A DNA stretch of 64,000 nucleotides from Chthonomonadales bacterium (GTDB taxonomy: Bacteria > Armatimonadota > Chthonomonadetes > Chthonomonadales > CAJBBX01), in NCBI GenBank assembly GCA_037443035.1, contig JBBIPC010000009.1, positions 12,618 through 76,617 on the forward strand, written 5' to 3'. This document shows positions 21,705 to 31,710 of this stretch, piece after piece. The notes below the pieces were generated by a model. The model worked only from the letters and a program-made list of their open reading frames with translations, was not told the DNA's origin and made no database searches. The position numbers were made by a program, and so were the translations under genes. The first letter of the stretch is position 1. Every line of letters begins with the position of its first letter.

Positions 21705-22790
21705 TTATACCTTGCCCGAAACTTCCTGGAGCCGCTTGTACTGGGTTGTACGGCGACATGGGACGTATCCGGCTGCTCGTATGACTCGCTCGATCTCTTC
21801 GATGCCGAGCACGAAGGCGCATCCAGCAGCCGAGACGACGTTCTCCTCCATCATCGTCGAGCCGAAGTCGTCGGCTCCATAGTGGAGGGAGATCTGCGCG
21901 ACGCGAGCACCCTGGGTCACCCATGAAGCCTGGAAGTGCGGGATGTTGTCCAGAACTATGCGACTGATGGCTAGGGTCTTGAGGTACTCATGAGCGCCAG
22001 CGCGTTGGCCGCCGAGATCTGTTCCGTCCGGCTGGAAGCTCCAGGGAATGAATGCCGTGAATCCGCCGGTCTCGTCCTGCAACTCCCTCAGTCGGAGCAG
22101 ATGCTCGATGCGATCCTGCCAGGTATCCACCGAACCGAACATCATCGTCGCCGTGGTCGGAATGCCGAGGCGGTGCGCTGAGCGCATACATTCGAGCCAT
22201 CCGTCTGCAGTCGTCTTGAGCGGTGCTATGGCCTGGCGCACCTTGTCCGTGAGGACCTCTGCACCTCCCCCCGGTATGCTGTCCAGCCCCGCCGCACGAA
22301 GCCGCTGCAAGCATTCTAGGAGCGAGAGACGGCTGATCCGCGCGATATAAAGCAACTCGGCAGGCGACAGAGCATGCAGGATGACTCCATCGCGGCCGTA
22401 GTCCCTCTTGATGGCACGGAACAGATCCTCGAACCACTCGATTCGCAGACGCGGGTTCAGTCCTCCCTGGAGAAGGATCTCGATCCCGCCTGCATCGACC
22501 ATTTCACGAACCTTGCGGAGGATCTCCTCGTAGCTGAGCACATACCCCTCGGCGCTACCGGGGGTTCGATAGAAGGCGCAGAAGCGGCATCGAACCCAGC
22601 ACACGTTGGTGTAGTTGATGTTCCGCCCGACAATGTAGGTAACCACCATGTCGGGGTTGTGCCGCAACCGGACTCGGTGCGCTGCGGCGGCCAGGATGGT
22701 GAGGTCGGGCACCTGGGTGAGCTCCAGTGCCTCCCTGCCGTCGAGGCGTTCGCCCCGCAGCGCCTTCTCCAGCGCAGCGACCGTGCTCAC
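21705..22790 (-). CDS. mqnC: Cyclic dehypoxanthine futalosine synthase (radical SAM)
   Basis: NINYTNVCWVRCRFCAFYR, ILLQGG, IPGGGAE, GADDFGSTMMEENVVSAAG. Confidence 0.92.
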   Translation of the reverse strand: MSTVAALEKALRGERLDGREALELTQVPDLTILAAAAHRVRLRHNPDMVVTYIVGRNINYTNVCWVRCRFCAFYRTPGSAEGYVLSYEEILRKVREMVDAGGIEILLQGGLNPRLRIEWFEDLFRAIKRDYGRDGVILHALSPAELLYIARISRLSLLECLQRLRAAGLDSIPGGGAEVLTDKVRQAIAPLKTTADGWLECMRSAHRLGIPTTATMMFGSVDTWQDRIEHLLRLRELQDETGGFTAFIPWSFQPDGTDLGGQRAGAHEYLKTLAISRIVLDNIPHFQASWVTQGARVAQISLHYGADDFGSTMMEENVVSAAGCAFVLGIEEIERVIRAAGYVPCRRTTQYKRLQEVSGKV

Positions 22791-23908
22791 GCACTCACCG
22801 CCCTGTACAGCCCATCCCGCTCCACGGGTTCGTAGCCCGCTTCACGGATCAACCGATGCAGTTGCTCCGACGTCAGATGCTGCCTTCGGTCTCCGAAGCG
22901 TCCCTCCTCGTAGGTTATCTGATATTCTTCGACCGTGCCGTCCATGTCATCCGCGCCATAGGAGAGCGCGATCTGGGAGACAGGCGGCGTATTCATGATC
23001 CAGAATGTCTTGATATGCGGGAAGTTGTCCAGCATGAGCCGGGCAACTGCAATCATCCGGAGGTCGTCCTGTCCCGTGGGACCGGCGAGGTGCTCCAGGT
23101 ACGTGCCCTCGGGGTGGAACGACAGCGGTGTGAAGGCAAGGAAATGGCCGGTCTCATCCTGCAGCGTTCGCAGCCTCAGCAGATGCTCGATTCTCTCGTC
23201 ATCCGTTTCGATGTGGCCGTAGAGCATGGTGGCGTACTGTGCCAAACCTGCGAATGCGACTTCCCTTGAGATCGCTATCCACTCGTCCGGCGTCAGTTTG
23301 CGAGGATGCAGCTCTGCGTGAACGCGGTCACTGAGCACCTCGGCACCTCCACCGGGGATCGCTGTCAGCCCGGCATCTTTCAACTCCGCAAGGGTCTGGC
23401 TGACAGACTTGCCTGCTGCCTCAGCAATCTGGGCTATCTCCACGGCGGTGAAAGCCTTGATGCAAGCTCGCGGGCGTGCGGAGCGGACCGTGGCGAGAAG
23501 GTCGAGGTAGTAGTGATATGGCAATCTGGGATTGACGCCGCCGACGATGTGTACCTCCCGCACACAGCCATCCCCGTGCCTCTCCAAAGCCCGACGAACT
23601 TCGTCGGCGGACAGCGTATAGGGCTCCGGGCCACCATCCTTGGGACTGCGAGCGAAATAGCAGAACAAGCAGTGCTTGTTGCACACGTTCGTGTAGTTGA
23701 TGTGCTGATTGCGCACGAAGTATGTGCGGCGTCCATGGAGACGCTGACGAACGATGCTCGCCAGCGTGCCGACTCCTGTCAGATCGGGGGTCTGGAGAAG
23801 CAGAAGACCATCCTCGCCGCTCAAGCGCTCTCCAGCGCAGACCTTGTCCAGAATGGGCAGAAGCCGGCTATCGGCAATACTACGACGCAGTATTTCGGGG
23901 TTGACCAT
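22787..23908 (-). CDS. mqnE: Aminofutalosine synthase (radical SAM)
   Basis: NQHINYTNVCNKHCLFC, EVHIVGG, KAFTAVEI, TMLYGHIE, HIKTFWIM, GADDMDGTV. Confidence 0.9.
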   Translation of the reverse strand: MVNPEILRRSIADSRLLPILDKVCAGERLSGEDGLLLLQTPDLTGVGTLASIVRQRLHGRRTYFVRNQHINYTNVCNKHCLFCYFARSPKDGGPEPYTLSADEVRRALERHGDGCVREVHIVGGVNPRLPYHYYLDLLATVRSARPRACIKAFTAVEIAQIAEAAGKSVSQTLAELKDAGLTAIPGGGAEVLSDRVHAELHPRKLTPDEWIAISREVAFAGLAQYATMLYGHIETDDERIEHLLRLRTLQDETGHFLAFTPLSFHPEGTYLEHLAGPTGQDDLRMIAVARLMLDNFPHIKTFWIMNTPPVSQIALSYGADDMDGTVEEYQITYEEGRFGDRRQHLTSEQLHRLIREAGYEPVERDGLYRAVSA

Positions 23909-25983
23909 TAGCCATGCCAGTCAACATCAGAGACTTCATGGGCATGGCGAACGATGAAATCCCGCCGCGGTTCCACCTTCTGCGACATCAAGACGTCGAA
24001 CATCTCCTGGGCTGCCAGCCCATCGGAGATATCTACCTGAGCCAGGCGTCGTCGCTCGGGATCCATGGTCGTATCGTAGAGGTCCTCGGCATTCATCTCG
24101 CCCAGACCCTTGAAGCGTGTGATGATGACGTCCTTCCGGTTACGAATACGCTTCAGGATTTCGTCTCGCTCCTGCTCCGACTGAGCGTAGTACTGTTTGT
24201 CTTTGCCCTCTTTGATGCGGAAAAGCGGGGGCTGGGCGACGTACACATACCCTTCTTCGACGAGTGGCCGCATGTACAGCCAGAAGAACGTGAGAAGGAG
24301 CGTGCGAATGTGATCGCCATCCACATCGGCATCGGTCATCAGAATAATCTTGTGGTAGCGAAGCTTGCGCAGATCGTAACCGTTCCCCTTGCCCTGACCT
24401 CCGTTGCCGCCGACATCCTCCTCGTCCCCTGAACCGCTCTCGTCACCATTGCTTCCGTTGCTAAGACTGATTCCGGTCCCCAGAGCCGTAATGAGAGCGC
24501 GAATCTCGTTGTTGTCCAGCACCTTGTCCAGGCGTGCTTTGCCGACGTTGATGATCTTGCCTCGAAGCGGCAGCACTGCCTGCGTGCGCCTGTCCCTGCC
24601 CTGCTTGGCGGAGCCGCCGGCGGAGTCACCCTCGACTAGGAACAGCTCGCACTTGCTGGGATCCCGTTCTGTACAATCAGCGAGTTTGCCTGGCAGCGAG
24701 TTGCTTTCCAGGGCGCTCTGCCTCCGGACGAGGTCGGCGTGCTTGCGCGCTGCCTCCCGTGCCCGTTGGGCCGTGAGTGCCTTCTCGACAATGCGCCTGC
24801 CGACGTTCGGATGGAGGTCGAGATAGCTGCTGAGACCGTCGCCGACGAGAGAGTTGACGATACCCTCGACCTCGGCATTCGCCAGCTTCACCTTGGTCTG
24901 GCTCTCGAACTGGGGATTCGGCAGCTTGACGGAGACGACAGCAGCCAGGCCCTCGCGCACGTCATCGCCCGTGAGGTTGGGGTCTTTGTCCTTGAGGATG
25001 CCTTGCTTGCGTGCGTAAGCGTTGATTACTCGCGTCAGCGCCGTACGGAAACCCGAGAGATGTGTGCCTCCGTCCGGCGTGTTGATCATATTCGCGAAGC
25101 ATAGGACGGCCTCTTGGTAGCCGTCGTTGTACTGGAGCGCTACCTCGACAATGACGTTGTCTCGTGCGCCGCCAAAGTAGATGGGCGGGTGGAGGGTCTC
25201 CTTGTTCTCGTTCAGGTGCTCGACAAATGCTTCGAGACCACGCTTGTAGTGGAACACCTCTTCGGGTGTGCCGTCTCGTTCATTGCGGAAAACGAGCGTC
25301 ACATCGCGGTTCAGATACGCCAGCTCTCGCATGCGCCGGGTGAGTCGTTCCGGGTCGTACTTCAGATCGCCGAATATCTGGGGATCGGGCTTCCACCTGA
25401 CGAGCGTACCGCTCTCGATTTCCTTTGCTGGACCCACATCGCGCAGGGGCGATGTTGTCTGGCCACGCTGAAAGCCTATCTGGTAGTGCCGTCCATCCCG
25501 CCAGACGTCTACGGTGAGCCACTCCGAGCAAGCGTTGACGCAGGATACGCCAACTCCGTGAAGGCCGCCCGAAACCTTGTAGGATCCGCTCTCGAACTTG
25601 CCTCCCGCATGCAAGCGAGTCAGCGCAAGTTCCACGCCCGGCAGACCGGTCTGCTGATGAATATCCACTGGGATGCCGCGCCCGTTGTCGAGCACCGAAA
25701 CACTGCCATCCGCGTGGAGGGTCACGACAATCTGGTCGCAGTGCCCGGCCATGGCCTCGTCTATGGCGTTGTCGCTCACCTCGACGAAAAGGTGATGCAT
25801 ACCCTTCGAGTCGGTGCCGCCGATGTACATGGCAGGGCGCCGTCGGACAGCCTCGAGCCCCTCCAGCACCTGTATCTGCTGGGCATCGTAGACGGCATCT
25901 ACTCGCTCGGTTGCTGGCAGACTAGGCAGACTTGCGTCTACTTCCTCTTCGGGCTTCTCGATGGGCTCGTATTCCATGCTCAT
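23908..25983 (-). CDS. gyrB: Type II topoisomerase B subunit (GyrB; ParE not excluded)
   Basis: EAVRRRPAMYIG, DNGRGIP, SGGLHGVGVS, VEGDSAGG, PLRGK, MTDADVDG, RFKGLGEM. Confidence 0.92.
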   Translation of the reverse strand: MSMEYEPIEKPEEEVDASLPSLPATERVDAVYDAQQIQVLEGLEAVRRRPAMYIGGTDSKGMHHLFVEVSDNAIDEAMAGHCDQIVVTLHADGSVSVLDNGRGIPVDIHQQTGLPGVELALTRLHAGGKFESGSYKVSGGLHGVGVSCVNACSEWLTVDVWRDGRHYQIGFQRGQTTSPLRDVGPAKEIESGTLVRWKPDPQIFGDLKYDPERLTRRMRELAYLNRDVTLVFRNERDGTPEEVFHYKRGLEAFVEHLNENKETLHPPIYFGGARDNVIVEVALQYNDGYQEAVLCFANMINTPDGGTHLSGFRTALTRVINAYARKQGILKDKDPNLTGDDVREGLAAVVSVKLPNPQFESQTKVKLANAEVEGIVNSLVGDGLSSYLDLHPNVGRRIVEKALTAQRAREAARKHADLVRRQSALESNSLPGKLADCTERDPSKCELFLVEGDSAGGSAKQGRDRRTQAVLPLRGKIINVGKARLDKVLDNNEIRALITALGTGISLSNGSNGDESGSGDEEDVGGNGGQGKGNGYDLRKLRYHKIILMTDADVDGDHIRTLLLTFFWLYMRPLVEEGYVYVAQPPLFRIKEGKDKQYYAQSEQERDEILKRIRNRKDVIITRFKGLGEMNAEDLYDTTMDPERRRLAQVDISDGLAAQEMFDVLMSQKVEPRRDFIVRHAHEVSDVDWHG

Positions 25984-26080
25984 AGCCGGTCTCAGTACTC
26001 TCGCACGGCATCGTGGCGTCTGTGTCTTATTCTACCCCATAGGCAGACATATATACGTAGTTCTGGCCTACCTGGGCACG

Positions 26081-27151
26081 TCACACCGCCTTTACGCATG
26101 CGCCGTGTGCGACCTTGACAACGTACGACTTACCACCGGCCCTCTGCAAGGCCGCCGCCACCTCCTGCTCCTTACCAGGCGCCAAGGCGAACATGCAACC
26201 GCCCCCTCCAGAGCCATTGATCTTGCCCCCGAGAGCTCCGGCGCCCATCGCTGCTGTGAGCATGCGCTCGATCTTTGGTGTCGAAAGGTCCAGCCCATCG
26301 CGGAGTTGCGCGTGGTGCTCCAGCAAGAGCTCTCCGAGTGCCCGTACATCGCCACGTTCCAGGACACCCAAGGCTGCAACCGTCAGGTCCCTGTTCACAA
26401 GATTCGCGCGTAAACGGCGGGCAGGCGTAGCTGGTAGCTCGGTCAAAGCAGTCTCGACTTCCGCGAGGGGTGTGCTGGCAAGATCGAACGAGGGGAATCG
26501 TTCTGTCAACAGGCGCACCCCTTCTGCTACTTGAGCTCGGGTTCGGGCGAGCGTCTCGATGGTCGCCTTGGGCTCCAGGGAGTTGCCGAGCACAATACCG
26601 TCCAGACCAGTGCCGATAGGATGCGCTCGGAAAGGTGGCACGGTCTCGATATACAGCACGCCTCCCAGGGCCGCGCAGAAGTGGTCCATCATCCCGCCCG
26701 GTTCTCCGAACTCGAGAACCTCGGCTTCGTGGCCGAGCCTGGCTAGGTCATCGGCGGCAGGTACTGGCCGCTGATCCGAGATCGCCATGAGGAAGCGGAG
26801 CCACATGACCACCATCGCCGAGGAACTGCTGACGCCTGCATTGATGGGGATCTCTCCGCGGATCTCGACACGGTATCCGCGACTCCAGGTGAGCCCCCTG
26901 CGCTGAAGCACAGAAACACAGGACCGTAGATAGTCCCGCTTGTTGGCATACTGTTGGCGCGACCGGGGATCCAGGCGTATCCTCTCACCGACATCCGGCA
27001 TGTCAATGTCCAGCAGTGGTTCGCCGGACTGCTCTGCTAGAGCGGCAATACGGAGGTCTATGGCAGCGGCGATGACAGGCAGTCCGAGGTAGTCCTGGTG
27101 CTCGCCGAATAGGCACACTCTGCCCGGCGCGCTGGCGCGTAGTTGGCGCAT
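26081..27151 (-). CDS. Galactokinase-like GHMP kinase
   Basis: APGRVCLFGEHQDY, PINAGVSSS, GGMMD, GSGGGG. Confidence 0.85.
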   Translation of the reverse strand: MRQLRASAPGRVCLFGEHQDYLGLPVIAAAIDLRIAALAEQSGEPLLDIDMPDVGERIRLDPRSRQQYANKRDYLRSCVSVLQRRGLTWSRGYRVEIRGEIPINAGVSSSSAMVVMWLRFLMAISDQRPVPAADDLARLGHEAEVLEFGEPGGMMDHFCAALGGVLYIETVPPFRAHPIGTGLDGIVLGNSLEPKATIETLARTRAQVAEGVRLLTERFPSFDLASTPLAEVETALTELPATPARRLRANLVNRDLTVAALGVLERGDVRALGELLLEHHAQLRDGLDLSTPKIERMLTAAMGAGALGGKINGSGGGGCMFALAPGKEQEVAAALQRAGGKSYVVKVAHGACVKAV

Positions 27152-27230
27152 GGGTCTTCTTCTCCTGAACGGTTGGCGGGCTGGGGGCCGCACCCTGATG
27201 CCATAATAGCAGTAGCAGCGGTACTTCGCC

Positions 27231-28319
27231 ATGCACGAGAACTCCCAACAACCGGTCCGCATCGGGATCGTCGCCGAAGACGTTTCCCGACTGGCGTACG
27301 GCTCCGCTCTTACCGGGATCCCGGGGGCTAAGGTCACTGCTGTGTATGTCACCAGCGATCACGTGGTGCAGGCGCGTGCACGCATCAGACAGTTCGGATC
27401 CTGCCGTATGTACCACGTTGTCGAGGACCTTCTCGAGAACGCAGACATCCAGGCCGTGATGATCGCTTCTCCTCTGGCTGAACGCGCGGAGCACGTAACC
27501 CAAGCCATCGGTCGGGACCTCCACGTGCTCGCCGAACAGCCCCTGTCGTCAGACATGGGAGCGTTTCAGGCCATCGCTGAGGCCGCCGAACGCGCCGGAA
27601 TCGTGGCTATGCCCGTCCATGCTCTGCGGCACGAGCCAGCCGTGTGCCGGGCGACAAACTGCTTGCTCCAGGGAGATATCGGTACCGCCCGTGAACTCCG
27701 CTGCGAATGGTCCTGCCGAGCAGCGTGGCTCCAGCGACGGTGGGTGAGTGAATCGTGGATGTCTGCGGTTGCCCATCACGCGATCCAGACCCTGGATCTT
27801 TCACGGCAGTGGCTAGGGGAACCTATCTCCGTCAGCGCCGACATGGATCTGACAGAGGAGCCTGACGCGCCGGTCGGACTTGCCAACGTCATCGTCCAGC
27901 ACGAGCATGGTGTGTCCGTCCATCACATCTACCGGACCAGCGGGACACCCCGCCATGAGCAGTACGTCCTGACAGGTTCGCAAGGCTCGCTGGAGCTGAC
28001 AGGACCGGCATCGGGCGCCATGGAGCGTAGTGGATCGCTGCGTCTCACGCTGAGACGGATTGGACAGGACCCGATTTCTTTCGCCACTTGTCAGGACGAA
28101 CCGGTCTCAGGGCGTGGGTTCCAGCGCTCTCCGTATAGGAACATGCTCCAGAGCTTCGTGGAGGCGATCCGCCACCAGCACCAACCTGCGGTAACCCTCG
28201 AGGACAGTTTGGTCGCGTCAGCCGTCTTCGAGGCCGCGGTGGTCTCCTCTCGCGAAGGTGTCAAGGTGCAGATGTCGGTACCGTTCCGAGCTTCCCCGAG
28301 CCTGAACGTACGGAGATAA
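27231..28319 (+). CDS. Divergent Gfo/Idh/MocA-fold protein
   Basis: Family-like layout (DLLENADIQAVMIASP, HVLAEQP) with degenerate motifs; TGcCATAAT extended -10 at 27199-27207. Confidence 0.72.
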   Translation: MHENSQQPVRIGIVAEDVSRLAYGSALTGIPGAKVTAVYVTSDHVVQARARIRQFGSCRMYHVVEDLLENADIQAVMIASPLAERAEHVTQAIGRDLHVLAEQPLSSDMGAFQAIAEAAERAGIVAMPVHALRHEPAVCRATNCLLQGDIGTARELRCEWSCRAAWLQRRWVSESWMSAVAHHAIQTLDLSRQWLGEPISVSADMDLTEEPDAPVGLANVIVQHEHGVSVHHIYRTSGTPRHEQYVLTGSQGSLELTGPASGAMERSGSLRLTLRRIGQDPISFATCQDEPVSGRGFQRSPYRNMLQSFVEAIRHQHQPAVTLEDSLVASAVFEAAVVSSREGVKVQMSVPFRASPSLNVRR

Positions 28320-29085
28320 CGTCCACGAGGAGCCGCAGTGCGGCCGACGTGGCGACGACGAAGTGCGAGGTCGTGCGCCAGCGATCCAAGAGCGCACCGA
28401 CGTCCAGTGAGCTGCCGTCCAAATGGTAGGTACGAGCGCCTGCTTCGCCGCAGATGCAGAGGGAGGCCGCGAGGTCGTGCATGCCTTCGCCAATGCCAAT
28501 GGCCGCCACTGCCTTGCCCTCAGCTACAAGGCACATCTCGAGGGCGATGCTTCCCAGGCATCGTAGCCGGCAGACGAGACGCGATGTATCCAGCGTTTTC
28601 AGGGCACTAGTGGAGACGCAGACCAGATCCTCGTAGGCCAGCGCCGCGGGCATCTCCGCCTGCAGCCGCCTACCGTTGCACCACGCACCGGAACCTGCCA
28701 GGGCCGCGTAGGTGAGCTCCAGAGCTGGCGCATGTACGATTCCCAGTACCGGGTTGCCTTCTTGGAGAAGCCCGACGGAGACGCACCAGTGGGGCAGCCC
28801 CCGCACAAAGTTCGTTGTCCCATCTATAGGGTCACAGATCCACGTGAGAATGCCGTTGGCGCCTCGCCGGCCGTACTCTTCGCCCGCAAAGTCGCTGCCT
28901 GGCAGCAGTTCGGTTAGGGAATCCGCAAGGAACGATTCCGTGCACCGGTCCACCTCTGTCACCAGGGAGCTGTCAGCCTTTGTCTCCGCGGCGATCGCGC
29001 CCCAATGTCCCAGAGCTGCGTGCCCGGCTTCTCTCACCAGAGCTTCCAGGCGGGGGAGCAGCTTCTCGAGTTCGGAGATCTTCAC
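28261..29085 (-). CDS. Inositol monophosphatase family protein
   Basis: LVTEVD, GEE, WICDPIDGTTNF, LGSIALE; GTGA overlap with the mdh stop. Confidence 0.88.
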   Translation of the reverse strand: MKISELEKLLPRLEALVREAGHAALGHWGAIAAETKADSSLVTEVDRCTESFLADSLTELLPGSDFAGEEYGRRGANGILTWICDPIDGTTNFVRGLPHWCVSVGLLQEGNPVLGIVHAPALELTYAALAGSGAWCNGRRLQAEMPAALAYEDLVCVSTSALKTLDTSRLVCRLRCLGSIALEMCLVAEGKAVAAIGIGEGMHDLAASLCICGEAGARTYHLDGSSLDVGALLDRWRTTSHFVVATSAALRLLVDVISVRSGSGKLGTVPTSAP

Positions 29086-30092
29086 AGGTGAGGATTCACG
29101 TCGGGCCATTGCTCCAGAGGTGGCAGCAGGCCCGCCGCGATGACCTCGTCCCGGAGGGCGCACAGGTGGCGGTAACTCTCCTGCAAGGCGCGCATGTCTT
29201 CCTCCGTGCCGGAAGGTACGGACGGCTCCATGCCGAAGACGGAGAACCGCACTGGCGCAGCCATCATGACTCCGGCAAATGGACCCGAGGAGAAGTACGC
29301 GCCGCAAGGCCAGGGGTAGTCGGCACACGTTATGCGAGCACGGAGCATCTCGACACTCTGGTGGGCCGGTGACTGGAAGGACGATCTACCGCGCAGGGCA
29401 ATGATCCGACTGCCTCCGTTGCGTACCGCCTCCTGAATGGCTTGCCAGTCCGCAGGTGACATACCCTTCCCGTCCACAGTAGCACCACGGAGAAGCTCCA
29501 GCAGCGGGACGCCCTTGACAGCGATGCCGGCCGAGAACACAGCCATTTTCTCGCCATGACCGCCGTAGGTAGCGCAGCCGGTCACCTCGTCAGGCAGGAC
29601 GCCGAAGTGCGCTGCCAGCGCAGCCCGCAGGCGCGTGCTGTCCAGCGCGGCGAGCGTGCTCACGCGCCCCGGCTCCAGACCCGAGTGGACGAGCGTGGTC
29701 AATCCCGTGATGTCGGCGGGATTGAAGATGATGATCACGTACTCTGCGTCGGGAGCATATCGGCGAATGTCCTGTCCAAGCTGCCGTGCTATCTCGCAGT
29801 TTCCGAGAAGTAGGTCCTCGCGCGTCATGCCCTCTTTTCGGGGCGCTCCGCCGGACGAAATGATGTAGGTCGCGCCCTCGAGCGCCTGAGCTGCGTCGGT
29901 CGTCCAGGTAATGTCCGCTCCAGGGTAAGCGCAGTGGAGTATCTCCTGAGCGGCCCCTTCCAGGCCCTTCTCGTAGGGGTCGTACATGGAGATTCTCGAC
30001 GCAGTGCCGGTGGAGAGCAGATCCTGAACAAGGTTGCTCCCGATGGCACCCGCAGCACCGAGCACTGCAACCTTCTTGTCTGTCAAGTACAT
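29082..30092 (-). CDS. mdh: Malate dehydrogenase (LDH/MDH family)
   Basis: [44 protein letters not shown] before ATG 30092. Confidence 0.88.
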   Translation of the reverse strand: MYLTDKKVAVLGAAGAIGSNLVQDLLSTGTASRISMYDPYEKGLEGAAQEILHCAYPGADITWTTDAAQALEGATYIISSGGAPRKEGMTREDLLLGNCEIARQLGQDIRRYAPDAEYVIIIFNPADITGLTTLVHSGLEPGRVSTLAALDSTRLRAALAAHFGVLPDEVTGCATYGGHGEKMAVFSAGIAVKGVPLLELLRGATVDGKGMSPADWQAIQEAVRNGGSRIIALRGRSSFQSPAHQSVEMLRARITCADYPWPCGAYFSSGPFAGVMMAAPVRFSVFGMEPSVPSGTEEDMRALQESYRHLCALRDEVIAAGLLPPLEQWPDVNPHL

Positions 30093-30159
30093 GCGTTTCT
30101 CCTTTCCCTGGGGCAGCTCGAGCTTCGTCACCTTGGCTCCCTACCGACGCCGCGGACTA

Positions 30160-31035
30160 TCAGCCTGCACGCAAGACCTGCCTCACCAGCTCGGGGATCT
30201 CGTGGGGCGCGTCCGCAACCGGAACGCCCGCGGACTGGAAGGCTTCGACCTTGGCCTGCGCCGTGCCTGACCGCCCGCTGACGATCGCACCCGCATGCCC
30301 CATACGCTTCCCGGGCGGAGCACTTCTCCCGCCGATGAACGCCACGACGGGCTTCGTCATTTCCCGAATGAACTCCGCGGCCTGTTCTTCGTCCGATCCG
30401 CCAATCTCCCCGATCAGCACCACGGCCCCAGTCTGCGGATCACGTTCGAACATGTCCAGCACTTCGGCGAAGCCGGTCCCCGGGATTGGGTCGCCACCTA
30501 TGCCCACGCAAGTGCTCTGGCCCAGACCTGCGGCCGTCAAGGAATCGACGATCTCGTACGTGAGGGTCCCAGACCTCGACACGACGCCCACACTGCCAGG
30601 CGAGAATGCCTCCGCCGGCATGATGCCTACCTTGCATTCGCCTGGCGTGATGACCCCAGGACAGTTGGGGCCTATCAGTACCACGCCACGTTCCCTCACG
30701 TACGGTCGTATACGGATCATGTCGTGGACAGGCACACCATCTGTGATGGCAACGATGAGGCGTACCCCTGCCTCGGCCGATTCGAGGATCGCGTCCGTCG
30801 CGAACGGACCGGGCACGAACACGATGGCCGTGTCGGCGACGGCATGCCGCATGGACTCTGCTACAGTGTCATAGACCGGAATGCCATCCGCAGTCGTTGT
30901 CCCACCCCTGCCCGGCACAACGCCAGCAACGACCTGCGTGCCGTAGCGAATCATTTGGGAAGTGTGGAAGCTGCCCTCTCGACCCGTGATGCCCTGGACC
31001 AGGACTCGCGACTCCTTGCTGACCAGTATGCTCAT
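30160..31035 (-). CDS. sucD: Succinyl-CoA ligase alpha subunit
   Basis: [41 protein letters not shown]. Confidence 0.95.
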   Translation of the reverse strand: MSILVSKESRVLVQGITGREGSFHTSQMIRYGTQVVAGVVPGRGGTTTADGIPVYDTVAESMRHAVADTAIVFVPGPFATDAILESAEAGVRLIVAITDGVPVHDMIRIRPYVRERGVVLIGPNCPGVITPGECKVGIMPAEAFSPGSVGVVSRSGTLTYEIVDSLTAAGLGQSTCVGIGGDPIPGTGFAEVLDMFERDPQTGAVVLIGEIGGSDEEQAAEFIREMTKPVVAFIGGRSAPPGKRMGHAGAIVSGRSGTAQAKVEAFQSAGVPVADAPHEIPELVRQVLRAG

Positions 31036-31370
31036 GCCGCCGTGTTATGAATCTCCTGTTCTTCTGTTGCCACCGGCGTTCCCGTCCGGCCCTCCAGCCG
31101 TTGGACACGCTGCTCCAATTTGGCTATACGAGATTCCATGCGCTCGAGCGCCGAATCGAAGCTCAGGTCGTACTCCGTGGAGGTCGCCCGTAGGTCTGCG
31201 ATCTCTCTGCGCAGTTCCTGAAGCCGGGCTTCGACCTTCTCATTTGGTGCTGACTGAGCCCTCAGTTGCATTTCCATGACCTTGCGGCGGTGCTCCGTCC
31301 AGATGGCAACGATGGGCACCGAGAAGATGATAGCCATGATGCCCAGCACGAACAAGAAAGGGTTGAACAT
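31032..31370 (-). CDS. Small single-TM coiled-coil protein (paralog B, PspB-like architecture)
   Basis: N-terminal TM helix, heptad-rich C-terminus; paralogous to the upstream ORF; ATGA overlap with sucD. Confidence 0.75.
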   Translation of the reverse strand: MFNPFLFVLGIMAIIFSVPIVAIWTEHRRKVMEMQLRAQSAPNEKVEARLQELRREIADLRATSTEYDLSFDSALERMESRIAKLEQRVQRLEGRTGTPVATEEQEIHNTAA

Positions 31371-31386
31371 GCCGATCACTCCGCTG

Positions 31387-31680
31387 TCATGTGCCCTGGC
31401 CGGTGTGGACTTCCTCACTGGCGGCTTGCCGAAGACGAGCCTCGAGATGCGCCACGCGACTTTCCAAGTTCTGAAGCGCTGTATCGAAGCTGAGGTCGAA
31501 CCGCGTGGTAGTGTCGCGCAGACTCGCTATCTCGGCACGTAGCTCTTCGATGGCCCGCTGCTCGCCCGCGTCCTGACGCGAGCGATGTTTGATCTCTAGT
31601 ACCTTGCGGTGATGCGCCGTCAGGATAGCCAGAACCGGTATCCCGAAGATGAGCAGAATGGCCAACATGCCTTCGTTCAT
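31387..31680 (-). CDS. Small single-TM coiled-coil protein (paralog A, PspB-like architecture)
   Basis: N-terminal TM helix, coiled coil; shares DLSFDxAL and ESRxAxLE with the downstream ORF. Confidence 0.75.
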   Translation of the reverse strand: MNEGMLAILLIFGIPVLAILTAHHRKVLEIKHRSRQDAGEQRAIEELRAEIASLRDTTTRFDLSFDTALQNLESRVAHLEARLRQAASEEVHTGQGT

Positions 31681-31710
31681 TCTCGAACTCCCGTGAGCAT
31701 CCGCCCCACG

